Source: Anaerolineales bacterium
GTDB lineage: Bacteria > Chloroflexota > Anaerolineae > Anaerolineales > RBG-16-64-43
Assembly: GCA_034430775.1 (NCBI GenBank)
Contig: DAOUDU010000248.1
Location: 16,120 to 80,119, forward strand
Reading direction: 5' to 3'
Length of the DNA stretch: 64,000 nucleotides
The position numbers and the translations under genes were made by a program. Under the pieces are notes generated by a model. That model searched no databases. It saw only the letters and a list, made by a program, of their open reading frames with translations, and was not told the DNA's origin. Below are positions 37,224 through 48,443 of this stretch, piece after piece. Every line of letters starts with the position of its first letter. The stretch's first letter is position 1.

Positions 37224-38654
37224 ATGGAAGTTTTTCGAATTGAAAAGGATTCGCTGGGTGAAGTGCGAGTCCCCAAGAATGCTATGTATGGAGCGCAGAC
37301 CCGGCGCGCGATGGAAAATTTTCCCATAACCGGAAAACGACCGTACCAGGCTTTCATTTGGTCGGTGGCGACGATCAAACGCGCCGCAGCCGAAGTCAAC
37401 GGCGGGCTGGGCTTGCTTGACGCGGCGAAATCAGCGGCGATCGCGCGGGCGGCGGAAGAAACGGCGGGGGGGATGTGGGACGCCGAATTTGTCGTTGATC
37501 CGTTTCAAGCCGGGGCCGGCACCAGCCATAACATGAACGCCAACGAAGTCATCGCCAACCGGGCCACCCAGCTCTTGGGCGGAGCGCTCGGGGAATACCG
37601 CATCAGCCCGAATGACGAAGTCAACATGGCGCAATCCACCAACGATGTGATCCCCTGCGCGATCCGGCTCGGCATCCTTTGGCGGCAGAAAGAATTAATG
37701 GCGGCGGTCGATGGGTTGAGCCGGTCGCTTGCGGAAAAGGCGGCCGAATGGGACGGCGTGATTAAATCCGGCCGGACCCATCTTCAGGATGCCGTTCCCA
37801 TCCGTCTTGGCCAGGAATTCGGAGGGTATGCGGAAGCCGTCAAACGCGACCGGGAAAGGTTGCGGTCAGCGGGGCAGTCACTCTTCCAACTCGGGATTGG
37901 TGGAACGGCAACCGGGACCGGTTTGAACGCCCACTCCGATTTCCCCAGGAGAATGGTGGAGCGCTTGGCGCAGCTCACCGGATGGAAGCTTAGGGAGGCT
38001 GAAAACAGGTTTGAAGCCATGCAATCGATGGCCGACGTGGCACATTTCTCGGGGTCGATGCGAACCCTCGCGCTAACCCTGATCCGGATCGCCAACGACC
38101 TGCGACTTCTGGCGTCCGGCCCCGCCACCGGTTTCGATGAAATACGTTTCGCGCCTCTTCAGCCGGGATCTTCGATCATGCCCGGCAAGGTGAATCCGGT
38201 GATGGCCGAAATGCTCAATATGGCGATGTATCACGTGATCGGACTGGATACGGCGGTCATGCTCGCAACCCAAGCCGGGCAGCTGGAATTAAACGTGATG
38301 ATGCCGCTGATCGCGAACGATGTATTCGAGATGATGCAGGTGACCATAGGGGCGATCAACGCCTTCACCGAAAAAGGGATTAAGACCCTGCAGGCCAATC
38401 CCGCCAAGGCCGAAGCGTGGCTTGTCCGCAATGCCGCAATTGCCACAGTGTTAAACCCATTGATCGGGTATCTCGCGGCGGCCGAACTGGTCAAGGAAGC
38501 GAACGGACAGGAACGCACCATCCGCGAGCTGGCGCTGGAAAAAGCGGCGGCGTCGAAGCTGACGCATAAGGATCTTCACCGTCCGGTAACCGTCGGTGAA
38601 GTGGAAGAGGCGTTGGGAAATTCGCGGAAAATGACTGAAGGCGGGATATTGTAA
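37224..38654 (+). CDS. Aspartate ammonia-lyase / class II fumarate hydratase family enzyme (AspA-like)
   Basis: ORF 37050..38654 trimmed to MEVFRIEKDSLGEVRVP (GGAGGAAGG SD). YGAQTRRAMENFPITG, GSSIMPGKVNP signature. Confidence 0.85.
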   Translation: MEVFRIEKDSLGEVRVPKNAMYGAQTRRAMENFPITGKRPYQAFIWSVATIKRAAAEVNGGLGLLDAAKSAAIARAAEETAGGMWDAEFVVDPFQAGAGTSHNMNANEVIANRATQLLGGALGEYRISPNDEVNMAQSTNDVIPCAIRLGILWRQKELMAAVDGLSRSLAEKAAEWDGVIKSGRTHLQDAVPIRLGQEFGGYAEAVKRDRERLRSAGQSLFQLGIGGTATGTGLNAHSDFPRRMVERLAQLTGWKLREAENRFEAMQSMADVAHFSGSMRTLALTLIRIANDLRLLASGPATGFDEIRFAPLQPGSSIMPGKVNPVMAEMLNMAMYHVIGLDTAVMLATQAGQLELNVMMPLIANDVFEMMQVTIGAINAFTEKGIKTLQANPAKAEAWLVRNAAIATVLNPLIGYLAAAELVKEANGQERTIRELALEKAAASKLTHKDLHRPVTVGEVEEALGNSRKMTEGGIL

Positions 38655-38692
38655 GATTTCTACAATGGAGATCCGAAAAAGAAATCATTCCT

Positions 38693-38816
38693 AGTGTCTT
38701 CGTGACTTCGTGGTTAAGCTTGAGATGCAAAACGAGAATAATAGTAAACCACTAAGAAATAAAAAATTCCTGCTTCTTCGTGCCCCTCGGTTTTTTCGTA
38801 TTCTTCGTGCAAAAGG
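38693..38816. repeat. Family B cluster with four TCTTCGTG-type octamers
   Basis: tcttcgtg at 38697-38704 is directly followed by acttcgtg at 38705-38712, then ggtt. aaaccactaag (38747-38757) is complementary to 38706-38715 at 9/10 positions. Further tcttcgtg copies at 38775-38782 and 38802-38809. Confidence 0.7.
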
Positions 38817-38817
38817 A

Positions 38818-39582
38818 TTATTCCGCGGGCAATAATCCAATCGTCCCATCCGGTAATTGCCACGGGATCGCGTCATCCATGATCCGGAAGATAACGGAGC
38901 CTTGCAGGTAAGGGCCGCGCTTGCGGCATTCGGCGACGAGTGCATCCGGCGCGAGTGTGGAAAGCAGGTGCTCCGGGTTCAATCCCGCCAGCGAGGATTC
39001 ACTAGGGCAGGGACCTGCGGCGAATAGGGCTTTTACGACTCGCAACTCCTGGCGGAGGCCGGCAATCGGATCAGGACCACCCTGGGACAGGAACGCGAAC
39101 AGGTCGTCTCCGCGCAGGTAATGGCCGTCGATTGGAATGCCGCCCGTGCGGTTAACCACCGTGGAAAAACCCTGTCGGTCGATCGACACCACGATCGAGG
39201 GCTGCGGGATGTAAGGAATTTGCGGGATCCGGGCGGAAGCTCCGTATGGATCGGCGAGAAAATCGCGAAGCACGGCGGGCTGGCCTACTGCCGTGGTGAT
39301 CACCAGGGCGGGAGAGATGCCCCGGAATTCCGCGCCGCCGTTTCCGTCCAATGTAAGGACCCACACCGACGATAACGCGGCGGGGGTTTGAAAGGAGTCG
39401 TACCCGAGGTAGACGAGGGAGAAGGGGGGGTGTTTGGGCTCGGCCGGGGATGCGGTTTTTCCGCCGGTCCACGATCCCAGCGCGATTCCGGTGACCAAAC
39501 AAACCGCGATCACCAGGAGAAAGGGGATGATCCGGCTGCCGGTCTTTCGGTCCCGTTCCATGTCCGCCGCATCGAGAGTCAC
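38818..39582 (-). CDS. Membrane-anchored hypothetical protein, possibly a divergent LytR-CpsA-Psr (LCP)-like domain
   Basis: 254 aa. One N-terminal TM helix. Pattern SVWVLTLD...ISPALVI...VVSIDRQGFSTVVNRTGGIPID...LRGDDLFAFL resembles the LCP core by eye only. Confidence 0.45.
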   Translation of the reverse strand: MTLDAADMERDRKTGSRIIPFLLVIAVCLVTGIALGSWTGGKTASPAEPKHPPFSLVYLGYDSFQTPAALSSVWVLTLDGNGGAEFRGISPALVITTAVGQPAVLRDFLADPYGASARIPQIPYIPQPSIVVSIDRQGFSTVVNRTGGIPIDGHYLRGDDLFAFLSQGGPDPIAGLRQELRVVKALFAAGPCPSESSLAGLNPEHLLSTLAPDALVAECRKRGPYLQGSVIFRIMDDAIPWQLPDGTIGLLPAE

Positions 39583-39608
39583 GTCTTACGCCTTATTGGG
39601 ATGGTCTT

Positions 39609-40889
39609 TTATACCACTACGCGTTGAATATCCGCGCCCAATGCCTTTAGCTTCACATCGATCTGTTCATATCCCCGGTCGATCTGTGATATGTTTCGGA
39701 TCTTCGAGGCGCCCTTGGCCGCCAGCGCGGCCAGGATCAGTGACATGCCGGCCCGGATGTCCGGGCTTTCCAAATACTCGCCCTCTAATTCGTTTTTCCC
39801 CTGCACGATCGCCCGGTGTGGATCGCAAAGGATGATCCGGGCACCCATGCTGACAAGTTTGTCGGTGAAGTACATGCGGCTGGGAAACATCCAGTCATGG
39901 AATAGGACTGTCCCTTGGGCCTGCGTGGCAACGGTGATGGCGATACTGGTGAGGTCCGTCGGGAACGCCGGCCAGACGTTGGTCTTGATTTCCGGGATAG
40001 CCCCGCCCAGATCCTGTTCGATGGTCATACGCTGCGAGTCTGAAACGAGAATATCGCTTCCGTCGATCTCCCAATCCACTCCCAGCCGCCGGAAGACAAG
40101 CCGGGACATGGCCAGGTGCTGAGGTTGCGCGTTCCGGATGCGGATCTCTCCTCCGGTGACCGCGGCCGCCCCGATGAAGCTGACCACTTCGAGATAGTCC
40201 GCTCCGAGCGTGTATTCCCCGCCATGCAGTGATTCGACGCCCTCGATCTTGAGCACGTTGGACCCGATATGTTGGATCCGTGCGCCCAGTGCGTTGAGAA
40301 ACTGGCATAAGTCCTGAACATGCGGTTCCGAAGCGGCGTTGCGAAGGATGGTGTTACCCCTGGCGAGCACGGCCGCCAAGATCGTGTTTTCAGTCGCGGT
40401 GACGGAAGCTTCATCCAGAAGGATGTCTGCGCCCTCCAGGCGATCCGCCTGCATATCAAACATCCGCTGGTAGGTAACCTTCGCGCCGAGCGCCTGCAGC
40501 GCCAGAATGTGCGTATCCACCCGCCGCCGCCCGATGACGTCGCCGCCCGGTGTGGGCAGGCGGATCTTTCCTTCACGTGCCAGCATCGGCCCGGCCAGCA
40601 GGATGGACGCCCGAATCCTTCGGCAGATATCCGTATCCAGATCCTTCGGACTCACATCAACAGCCTGAATCCTCCACGAATGGGGATCCAGCGACTCGAA
40701 TCGCACGCCGAGCTGCTGCAAGAGCTCGATCATGCATTGCACGTCACGGATGTCGGGGACGTTATGCAGAATGACCGGGTCGGATGTGAGCAGGCAACCG
40801 GCCAGCATCGGCAGCGCGGCATTTTTATTGCCCGAAGGTGTGACCTCGCCGCGCAGCGGTTTTTGTCCATTGATGATCAGTTGTTCCAT
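39609..40889 (-). CDS. murA: UDP-N-acetylglucosamine 1-carboxyvinyltransferase
   Basis: 426 aa. LRGEVTPSGNKNAALP, GGDVIGRRRVDTH, typical MurA length. Confidence 0.95.
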   Translation of the reverse strand: MEQLIINGQKPLRGEVTPSGNKNAALPMLAGCLLTSDPVILHNVPDIRDVQCMIELLQQLGVRFESLDPHSWRIQAVDVSPKDLDTDICRRIRASILLAGPMLAREGKIRLPTPGGDVIGRRRVDTHILALQALGAKVTYQRMFDMQADRLEGADILLDEASVTATENTILAAVLARGNTILRNAASEPHVQDLCQFLNALGARIQHIGSNVLKIEGVESLHGGEYTLGADYLEVVSFIGAAAVTGGEIRIRNAQPQHLAMSRLVFRRLGVDWEIDGSDILVSDSQRMTIEQDLGGAIPEIKTNVWPAFPTDLTSIAITVATQAQGTVLFHDWMFPSRMYFTDKLVSMGARIILCDPHRAIVQGKNELEGEYLESPDIRAGMSLILAALAAKGASKIRNISQIDRGYEQIDVKLKALGADIQRVVV

Positions 40890-40896
40890 GCAAACC

Positions 40897-41922
40897 TCAT
40901 TCGACGGTTTTCAGATGCACAACGGCTCCGGGTTGGAGTGCAGCGGCTTCGCCGCCAACCGGCCTATTCCAGGATGCTATTTCGAGAAGCCCGCTGCCGC
41001 CGATAAGAGCGATCGCTCCCGGGTCGCCTTTCGCGTCCGCATAGGTCCGTCGAAGCGGGAGAAGGGTACCGTCTGCAAGCAGGACACGTGTTGGAGCCGG
41101 TATCTTTCCCGCACGTGCACCCGTTCGCAGCCAGGGAGCGATGGACTGTCCCTCATCGGAAAACTGCCCGATGCTGGTGATCGCGTTCCCGAAATGGTCG
41201 ATATATAAAATTTCGCCGTCCCAGCCGGTGCTTGCCTCTCCACGAAGAAGCGGGAGAGGGAGTGTCGACGGGGAAACGAGTGTGGAACCCAGTTCGCGAA
41301 GGCAGCCCTCTCGAAACAACTTGGCGGCCGCCGGGGCGAACAGATCTCTTCCATGAAAGGTGTTGCTGATCGGTCCCACACTCACCTGCTGCGGATCGAT
41401 CTCCACGGCGTCGAACACGGGGAACCGTTCGATCAGGAAGGTCGGTAATCCGTTATCCGGGCAGATCACACTGCAGCGGGGAAACCGGAATGCGGCAGGA
41501 CGCCGCGCGCTACCCACACCGGGATCCACCACAACCAGGAAAACGGTCCCGTCGGGGAAGGACGGCTGCACTTCCCACAACATGATCGCCGCGCGCCGGA
41601 TATCACCCGCCGGAATCTCGTGGGAAATATCGACCATCGGGGTTCCCGGCAGCAGCGAAGCCAGCACGCCGTGAAGCGCTCCGGCATAGTAATCCCTCGA
41701 ACCGAAGTCGGTGATGCACGCTACCACGGATTCATTGCCCACAAAAAGGATTGTATTCGCAACGTTAAGAAACGGCAAGATGACCCGCTGCGGCCGGACC
41801 CGTACGGCCGATGCGATCCGGGCAGCGTGCGAGAAAATATTACTATGTGACTTTGCCGGCAGGCGAAGATACCAGAGCAGCCCTCTTCCGTTTCCTGAAA
41901 ATAGGAGGTGGTTTCGTCCCAT
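40897..41922 (-). CDS. SAM hydrolase / SAM hydroxide adenosyltransferase family protein (DUF62)
   Basis: ITDFGSRDYYAGALHGV, VVDPGVGS, PDNGL, TFHGRDLFAPAAA. The true start is probably internal (e.g. the GTG of VGNESVVACITDFG), so the N-terminus is uncertain. Confidence 0.75.
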   Translation of the reverse strand: MGRNHLLFSGNGRGLLWYLRLPAKSHSNIFSHAARIASAVRVRPQRVILPFLNVANTILFVGNESVVACITDFGSRDYYAGALHGVLASLLPGTPMVDISHEIPAGDIRRAAIMLWEVQPSFPDGTVFLVVVDPGVGSARRPAAFRFPRCSVICPDNGLPTFLIERFPVFDAVEIDPQQVSVGPISNTFHGRDLFAPAAAKLFREGCLRELGSTLVSPSTLPLPLLRGEASTGWDGEILYIDHFGNAITSIGQFSDEGQSIAPWLRTGARAGKIPAPTRVLLADGTLLPLRRTYADAKGDPGAIALIGGSGLLEIASWNRPVGGEAAALQPGAVVHLKTVE

Positions 41923-42018
41923 CGCTGCATTACCCCCGACACGGCGCAGCCGGAGCAGGGCTCGCCATGACTTTGAAGGGATGAAAAATACTTACGAGGA
42001 AAACATGAAAAAGACAAA

Positions 42019-43077
42019 ATGGTAGTAAAGAATCCGGACCTCATCTGGTATAATTTTTTCATGGAGAAAATTACAATCGACGGGCCGAAAGCACCCATCG
42101 GATTTTTATCCTCGGTCTGGAAAGGGATCGAATACATCAATGCACACCCGGGAGTTCTCGTGATCCCGGTCATTTTGGATGCATTTTTATGGTTTGGACC
42201 ACATCTTTCGGTCTACGCGCTGGTGGATCCGGTAATCGATTCCATGACCTTTGCCGCGCTTTCCAATCCGGCGAACACAACCATGATCGACGCCCTGAAA
42301 CTGGCGGCGGAGAAATTCAACCTTTTCTCGCTTCTGGCCCTCATCCCCCTGGTTCCGCCGAGTTTGATGTCCGGCATTTCGCCGGATCGGACCCCGTTTG
42401 GAAACCCGCTCATCCTGCCGGTCGAAAATTGGCTGGTGGTCATCCTTCTGGCAGCGGGATTGATCGTACTCTCGCTGCTTATCGGCTCGGTGTACTGGGT
42501 CTGGGCGGGCAGCGCAACCCAGACGGCATCCTGGAAGTTGAAAGATTTGCTGGGCCGTTGGATACGGACGGTCCTGATGATGTTTTTACTCTGTATGGCT
42601 TTTTTACTCGTTATCCTGGTTTTTATGATCCCGGTTTTGTTCCTCATTTCGCTGGTTGCTCTGGCGTCGCCGGGGATCGGGGCTGTCCTCTCCCAATTGT
42701 TCTTTTTCCTGGGAGGCGGATTTTTATTTTGGGTCATACTGTTTTTCATGTTTTCCATGCACGGGACGGCTCTTTACCGCGATGGTATGATGGCGGCCGT
42801 CTGGAACAGTATCAACACGTCACGCTGGATGTACCCGATGTCGATCTGGATCCCGTTGCTACTGGTCCTCCTGAATTTCCTGACCTCATCGATCTGGTCG
42901 CTGGCGCCGGATAACAGCTGGGCCGGGGCGGTGGGTGTCCTGGGGAATGCTTACACCAGTACGGTGGTGGTCTTGGCCAGCATGGCCTATTACATCGACA
43001 AGCGCCGCTGGATCGAAGAAGTGCGAACCTACCTGCAAACCCGCATGGCGGACAAGATCCCGCCCGGTGCGGTCTGA
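42019..43077 (+). CDS. Hypothetical polytopic membrane protein
   Basis: 352-aa ORF with ~7 hydrophobic segments. Alternative start ATG 42061. No family recognised. Confidence 0.5.
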   Translation: MVVKNPDLIWYNFFMEKITIDGPKAPIGFLSSVWKGIEYINAHPGVLVIPVILDAFLWFGPHLSVYALVDPVIDSMTFAALSNPANTTMIDALKLAAEKFNLFSLLALIPLVPPSLMSGISPDRTPFGNPLILPVENWLVVILLAAGLIVLSLLIGSVYWVWAGSATQTASWKLKDLLGRWIRTVLMMFLLCMAFLLVILVFMIPVLFLISLVALASPGIGAVLSQLFFFLGGGFLFWVILFFMFSMHGTALYRDGMMAAVWNSINTSRWMYPMSIWIPLLLVLLNFLTSSIWSLAPDNSWAGAVGVLGNAYTSTVVVLASMAYYIDKRRWIEEVRTYLQTRMADKIPPGAV

Positions 43078-43084
43078 GGAGATC

Positions 43085-45022
<1,938 letters not shown>

Positions 45023-45037
45023 ATCTTCGTTGCATTC

Positions 45038-45077
45038 GAAACCCAAAAGCCCGGCGTACGCCGGGCTTTTGGGTTTC
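45038..45077. terminator. Bidirectional hairpin between gyrB and htrA
   Basis: Perfect 19-nt arms gaaacccaaaagcccggcg / cgccgggcttttgggtttc around a 2-nt centre. Internal A4/T4 tracts. Flanked by the 8-nt direct repeat tcgttgca (45027-45034 and 45078-45085). Confidence 0.75.
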
Positions 45078-45103
45078 TCGTTGCACAAGGGATCTCCCGG
45101 TGA

Positions 45104-46270
45104 TTAGGAAAGCGGCGTGAAGGTGACTTGCACCGTTTGCGGATGGCCGTCGCGCAGGATCGTCACTTCCATCGTATCGCCGATCTTCTTGTTGAGGAAC
45201 ATGTAACGGATCAGTTCCTCGAAGCCGGTGATGGCGTTCCCGTCGGCGGCGGTGATGATGTCTCCGCCAACCGTCGTTTGGAATCCCCGGATGGTCACCG
45301 CTTTCGTGCTTCCGCGAAGGCCCGCCTTATCCGCAGGGCCCCCGGGTTGGATTTCCGCGATCAGCAACCCGTGTGTGTTCGGGTCCAGCCCCATCGCCGA
45401 CGCCAGATCCGGGATGAGCATGCCCCCGGAAATTCCCAGGTATGCGTGCAGATAACCGCCGGTGGAGATCAGAGTGGGGACTTCCATTTTGACGATATTG
45501 GAGGGAATGGCGAAACCCACTCCCGCAGAAGATCCGGAGGTTGATATATTCGCTGAAGGAACGCCAATGACCTCACCCGTATCATTCACCAGCACTCCCC
45601 CGGAATTGCCCGGGTTGATCGGCGCGTCGGTTTGGATGACGTCGGGGATGGAATAGGACATCCCGCTCCCGTCGGACGCGCTCACAGGAAGCAGCCGGGA
45701 AAGGCCGCTGACAATCCCGGAGGTCATGGTGCTGTCCAACCCGAAGGGGTATCCGATGACGATGGCGATCTGGCCGACCTGGACCGCGTCGGAATCCTCC
45801 AGCGTCACCGGTTTGAGCAGGGAGGGATCCGCCCCCACGCGGATGACAGCCAGGTCGCTTCCCGGATCGGTGCCAATGAGCTTGGCGTCCATCGGCGCGC
45901 CGCCCGGGAAAGTTACCTGGATCGCATCGGCGTTTTCCACGACGTGGTTGTTTGTCACGATATTTCCAAGGGTATCCCAAACAAATCCCGATCCCGAAGC
46001 CACCGCTGGCCCGTTCGCCGAAGCCGAGGCCGTCCCGCTGCCGGGTTTCAGAAATACGGTGATGAGAACGACGGAGGGGCTTACGTGCCGATAGACGTCT
46101 TCCAGGCTCATATCCAGCGCCGCTGCGGCGCCATCGGCGTAAACCGGTGCGATGGCCGGCGTGGGGGATGGGACGGGGGTTAGGATGACGGCGGGGGCGG
46201 TAAGGAGTCCGCATCCAAAAAGGATCATCGACGCAAGAATCGGAAACACGATCCGGATTTTTGTCTTCAT
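45104..46270 (-). CDS. HtrA/DegP-family serine protease with PDZ domain
   Basis: ORF trimmed to MKTKIRIVFPIL (GGGAGGAA SD). TNNHVV, DLAVIRV, NPGNSGGVLVN triad contexts. C-terminal PDZ. Confidence 0.9.
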   Translation of the reverse strand: MKTKIRIVFPILASMILFGCGLLTAPAVILTPVPSPTPAIAPVYADGAAAALDMSLEDVYRHVSPSVVLITVFLKPGSGTASASANGPAVASGSGFVWDTLGNIVTNNHVVENADAIQVTFPGGAPMDAKLIGTDPGSDLAVIRVGADPSLLKPVTLEDSDAVQVGQIAIVIGYPFGLDSTMTSGIVSGLSRLLPVSASDGSGMSYSIPDVIQTDAPINPGNSGGVLVNDTGEVIGVPSANISTSGSSAGVGFAIPSNIVKMEVPTLISTGGYLHAYLGISGGMLIPDLASAMGLDPNTHGLLIAEIQPGGPADKAGLRGSTKAVTIRGFQTTVGGDIITAADGNAITGFEELIRYMFLNKKIGDTMEVTILRDGHPQTVQVTFTPLS

Positions 46271-46381
46271 GGTTCCTCCCAGTAACGGAAATTCCGAAAA
46301 ATCCAACAGGTTATTATTGAGTCAACGTACTCCAAATAGCGTTAATAACGGGTTAGCTGAACCTTATAGGAGGATTAATAA

Positions 46382-46501
46382 ATGATTGCGGTAAATCTCT
46401 CGTGGAATCTGGAGAAAATCCACGCCGGAAAATTAAAACGTAAAAATCGCGTATTTCGAAAGCCCATATCATCCGAATGCAAAAATTACAATAGGCGGTA
46501 A
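46382..46501 (+). CDS. Candidate 39-aa basic small protein
   Basis: Hand-found: AGGAGG (46368-46373), 8-nt spacing, then ATG. MIAVNLSWNLEKIHAGKLKRKNRVFRKPISSECKNYNRR*. A hairpin lies at 46537-46570 downstream. Below the ORF-track length cutoff. Confidence 0.25.
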   Translation: MIAVNLSWNLEKIHAGKLKRKNRVFRKPISSECKNYNRR

Positions 46502-46603
46502 GGGGTGATTCGACTGGCCGAGCATGTGGATATTACGCGGAAGGGCGGTTCAGAGAACCGCCCTTCCGCCTGAAGACCGACCGGGCCGACAGCCCGGCGT
46601 GGC

Positions 46604-47896
46604 TTAACGGGAAAACAACGGGAACCAAAATACATACAGGATCGAGATCACGGCGCACGTCCCGAGCATCACTGGCAGGCCGCGTTTATTCCACAGTTTG
46701 GAGGTGATCGGCGAGCGGGTGCGTTCCGAGAGAGTCACCACGATGATGTTGGCGGTCGAGCCGATGATCGTGCCGTTGCCGCCCAGGCCGGCGCCGAAGG
46801 CCAGCGCCCACCACAGCGGCGCAATGTTGACGCCGTTTTGACCCAACTGATGAATGACGGGAATGAGCGCGATAGTGATGGGGATGTTATCCACCAGGGC
46901 CGACAGGATGGCGATAACCCAAATGATCACCAACCCAAATACCACAGGCGGAACTCCCACCTGGATTTGAATGACCAGATCTGCAAGCCAGCGAAGCACG
47001 CCGGCCGATTCCAGCCCGCCGACCATGACAAACAATGCCGCGAAAAACAACAGAACATTCCATTCGATCAGCTCCAGCATCTTTTTCATGGGCGGCTGGA
47101 TCCAGATCATGGCGACGGAGGCCGCGCTCAGGGCGATGAAGGCCGGGCTGACATTTAATGGTTCCTGAATGAAAAATAAAAGGATGGCCGTTCCCAACAC
47201 GATTAGTACTCGCTGAGCCTTCTTGGGCTCTTCCAATGCTTCGACCGGGTTTAGTTTCGACACGGCATCGGTGTTTGTTGGACGGACCGCCAACTCCTTC
47301 CGGAATAAAAGGCGCAGAATTAACAGTGCCACCAGCCAAACAACCACAATCAGGGGAAGTGAGTTGACGAGAAAGTCGTTGAAGGAAAGTCCGGCGGCGG
47401 AGGCGATCAGGATATTGGGGGGATCACCCACCAGGGTGGCCACGCCGCCCGTATTGGCCAACAACGCTTCCGCCATAAGGAACGGCACAGGGTGTATGCC
47501 CAGGATTTCGCTGATGAGGATGGTAACGGGCGCAATCAGGACGACGGTTGTGACGTTGTCCAGGAACATCGAAAGGATAGTGGTCACCAATCCCAACAGG
47601 ACAAGCAGCCGCACAGGGCTTCCTTTGGAAATGCGTCCCGCCCAGACGGCGAGAAATTGGAAGAACCCCGTCGGCTCCAGAATGGCCACGAGAATCATCA
47701 TCCCCAGCAGCAATCCGAGCGTGTTGAAATCCACTGCTGCGATGGCCGTCGCTTCCGAGTAGAACCCGAGTATCTTTCCCGCCGCAACCATGAGAATGGC
47801 CCCGGCGATGGCAGTCGATGTGCGGTGGATTTTTTCTGTGAAGATGATCGCCAGGCAGGCGAGGAAAATTACGGCCGCAATAATTTCACTGATCAT
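46604..47896 (-). CDS. ArsB/NhaD-superfamily (citrate-transporter-like) permease
   Basis: 430 aa, ~11 TM segments. SMFLDNVTTVVL and GDPPNILI motifs typical of the ArsB/NhaD/YbiR group. Confidence 0.8.
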   Translation of the reverse strand: MISEIIAAVIFLACLAIIFTEKIHRTSTAIAGAILMVAAGKILGFYSEATAIAAVDFNTLGLLLGMMILVAILEPTGFFQFLAVWAGRISKGSPVRLLVLLGLVTTILSMFLDNVTTVVLIAPVTILISEILGIHPVPFLMAEALLANTGGVATLVGDPPNILIASAAGLSFNDFLVNSLPLIVVVWLVALLILRLLFRKELAVRPTNTDAVSKLNPVEALEEPKKAQRVLIVLGTAILLFFIQEPLNVSPAFIALSAASVAMIWIQPPMKKMLELIEWNVLLFFAALFVMVGGLESAGVLRWLADLVIQIQVGVPPVVFGLVIIWVIAILSALVDNIPITIALIPVIHQLGQNGVNIAPLWWALAFGAGLGGNGTIIGSTANIIVVTLSERTRSPITSKLWNKRGLPVMLGTCAVISILYVFWFPLFSR

Positions 47897-48366
47897 GTTG
47901 CCTTCCCCTCGGGTTCCTGCCAGGTGGAAAGTACCGCGGTCGCCACATCAGCCCGGGAAGCAATTCCGACAAGGATGCCGTTAGAATCCGTTACCGGGAT
48001 GTCGTGCAAATCATCCTTCAGCATCAGGGAATACGCGCGCAGCAGCCCGCAGCCTTCCCCGACGGTCGTGATGGATTGCATGAGCGTGGTCACCGGCCGG
48101 GCCAGAACGTCGGGTGCAGGACGGGTGTTTTCCACCGCGCCGAAATCGTGGACAAAATCCACATCCCCCACCAAGCTTACAAAATCCGGCAATTCCAGTG
48201 CAAGCAGATCGCTCAAGCGGAGAATCCCGACCGGTTTGCCCTCTGTGTTTACTACCGGCAGCACGCCGATATGGTATTTTACAAAAACCGAAGCCGCCTC
48301 GGCGGTTGTCGCCGTTTCGGGTATAGATACCACATTCCGTTTCATGCAATCCTTGATGTGTGTCAT
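47893..48366 (-). CDS. CBS-pair domain protein
   Basis: 157 aa. Two CBS motifs (HIGVLPVVNTEGKPVGILRLSDL; LHDIPVTDSNGILVGIASRADV). 4-nt overlap with the permease start. Confidence 0.8.
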   Translation of the reverse strand: MTHIKDCMKRNVVSIPETATTAEAASVFVKYHIGVLPVVNTEGKPVGILRLSDLLALELPDFVSLVGDVDFVHDFGAVENTRPAPDVLARPVTTLMQSITTVGEGCGLLRAYSLMLKDDLHDIPVTDSNGILVGIASRADVATAVLSTWQEPEGKAT

Positions 48367-48443
48367 GCGCCGTTCCTCTCATTCGCCAGAATGGCCGGCC
48401 GCGCGGGACATCCCCGCCGGGTAAACCGCGTATCCGCACCGCA

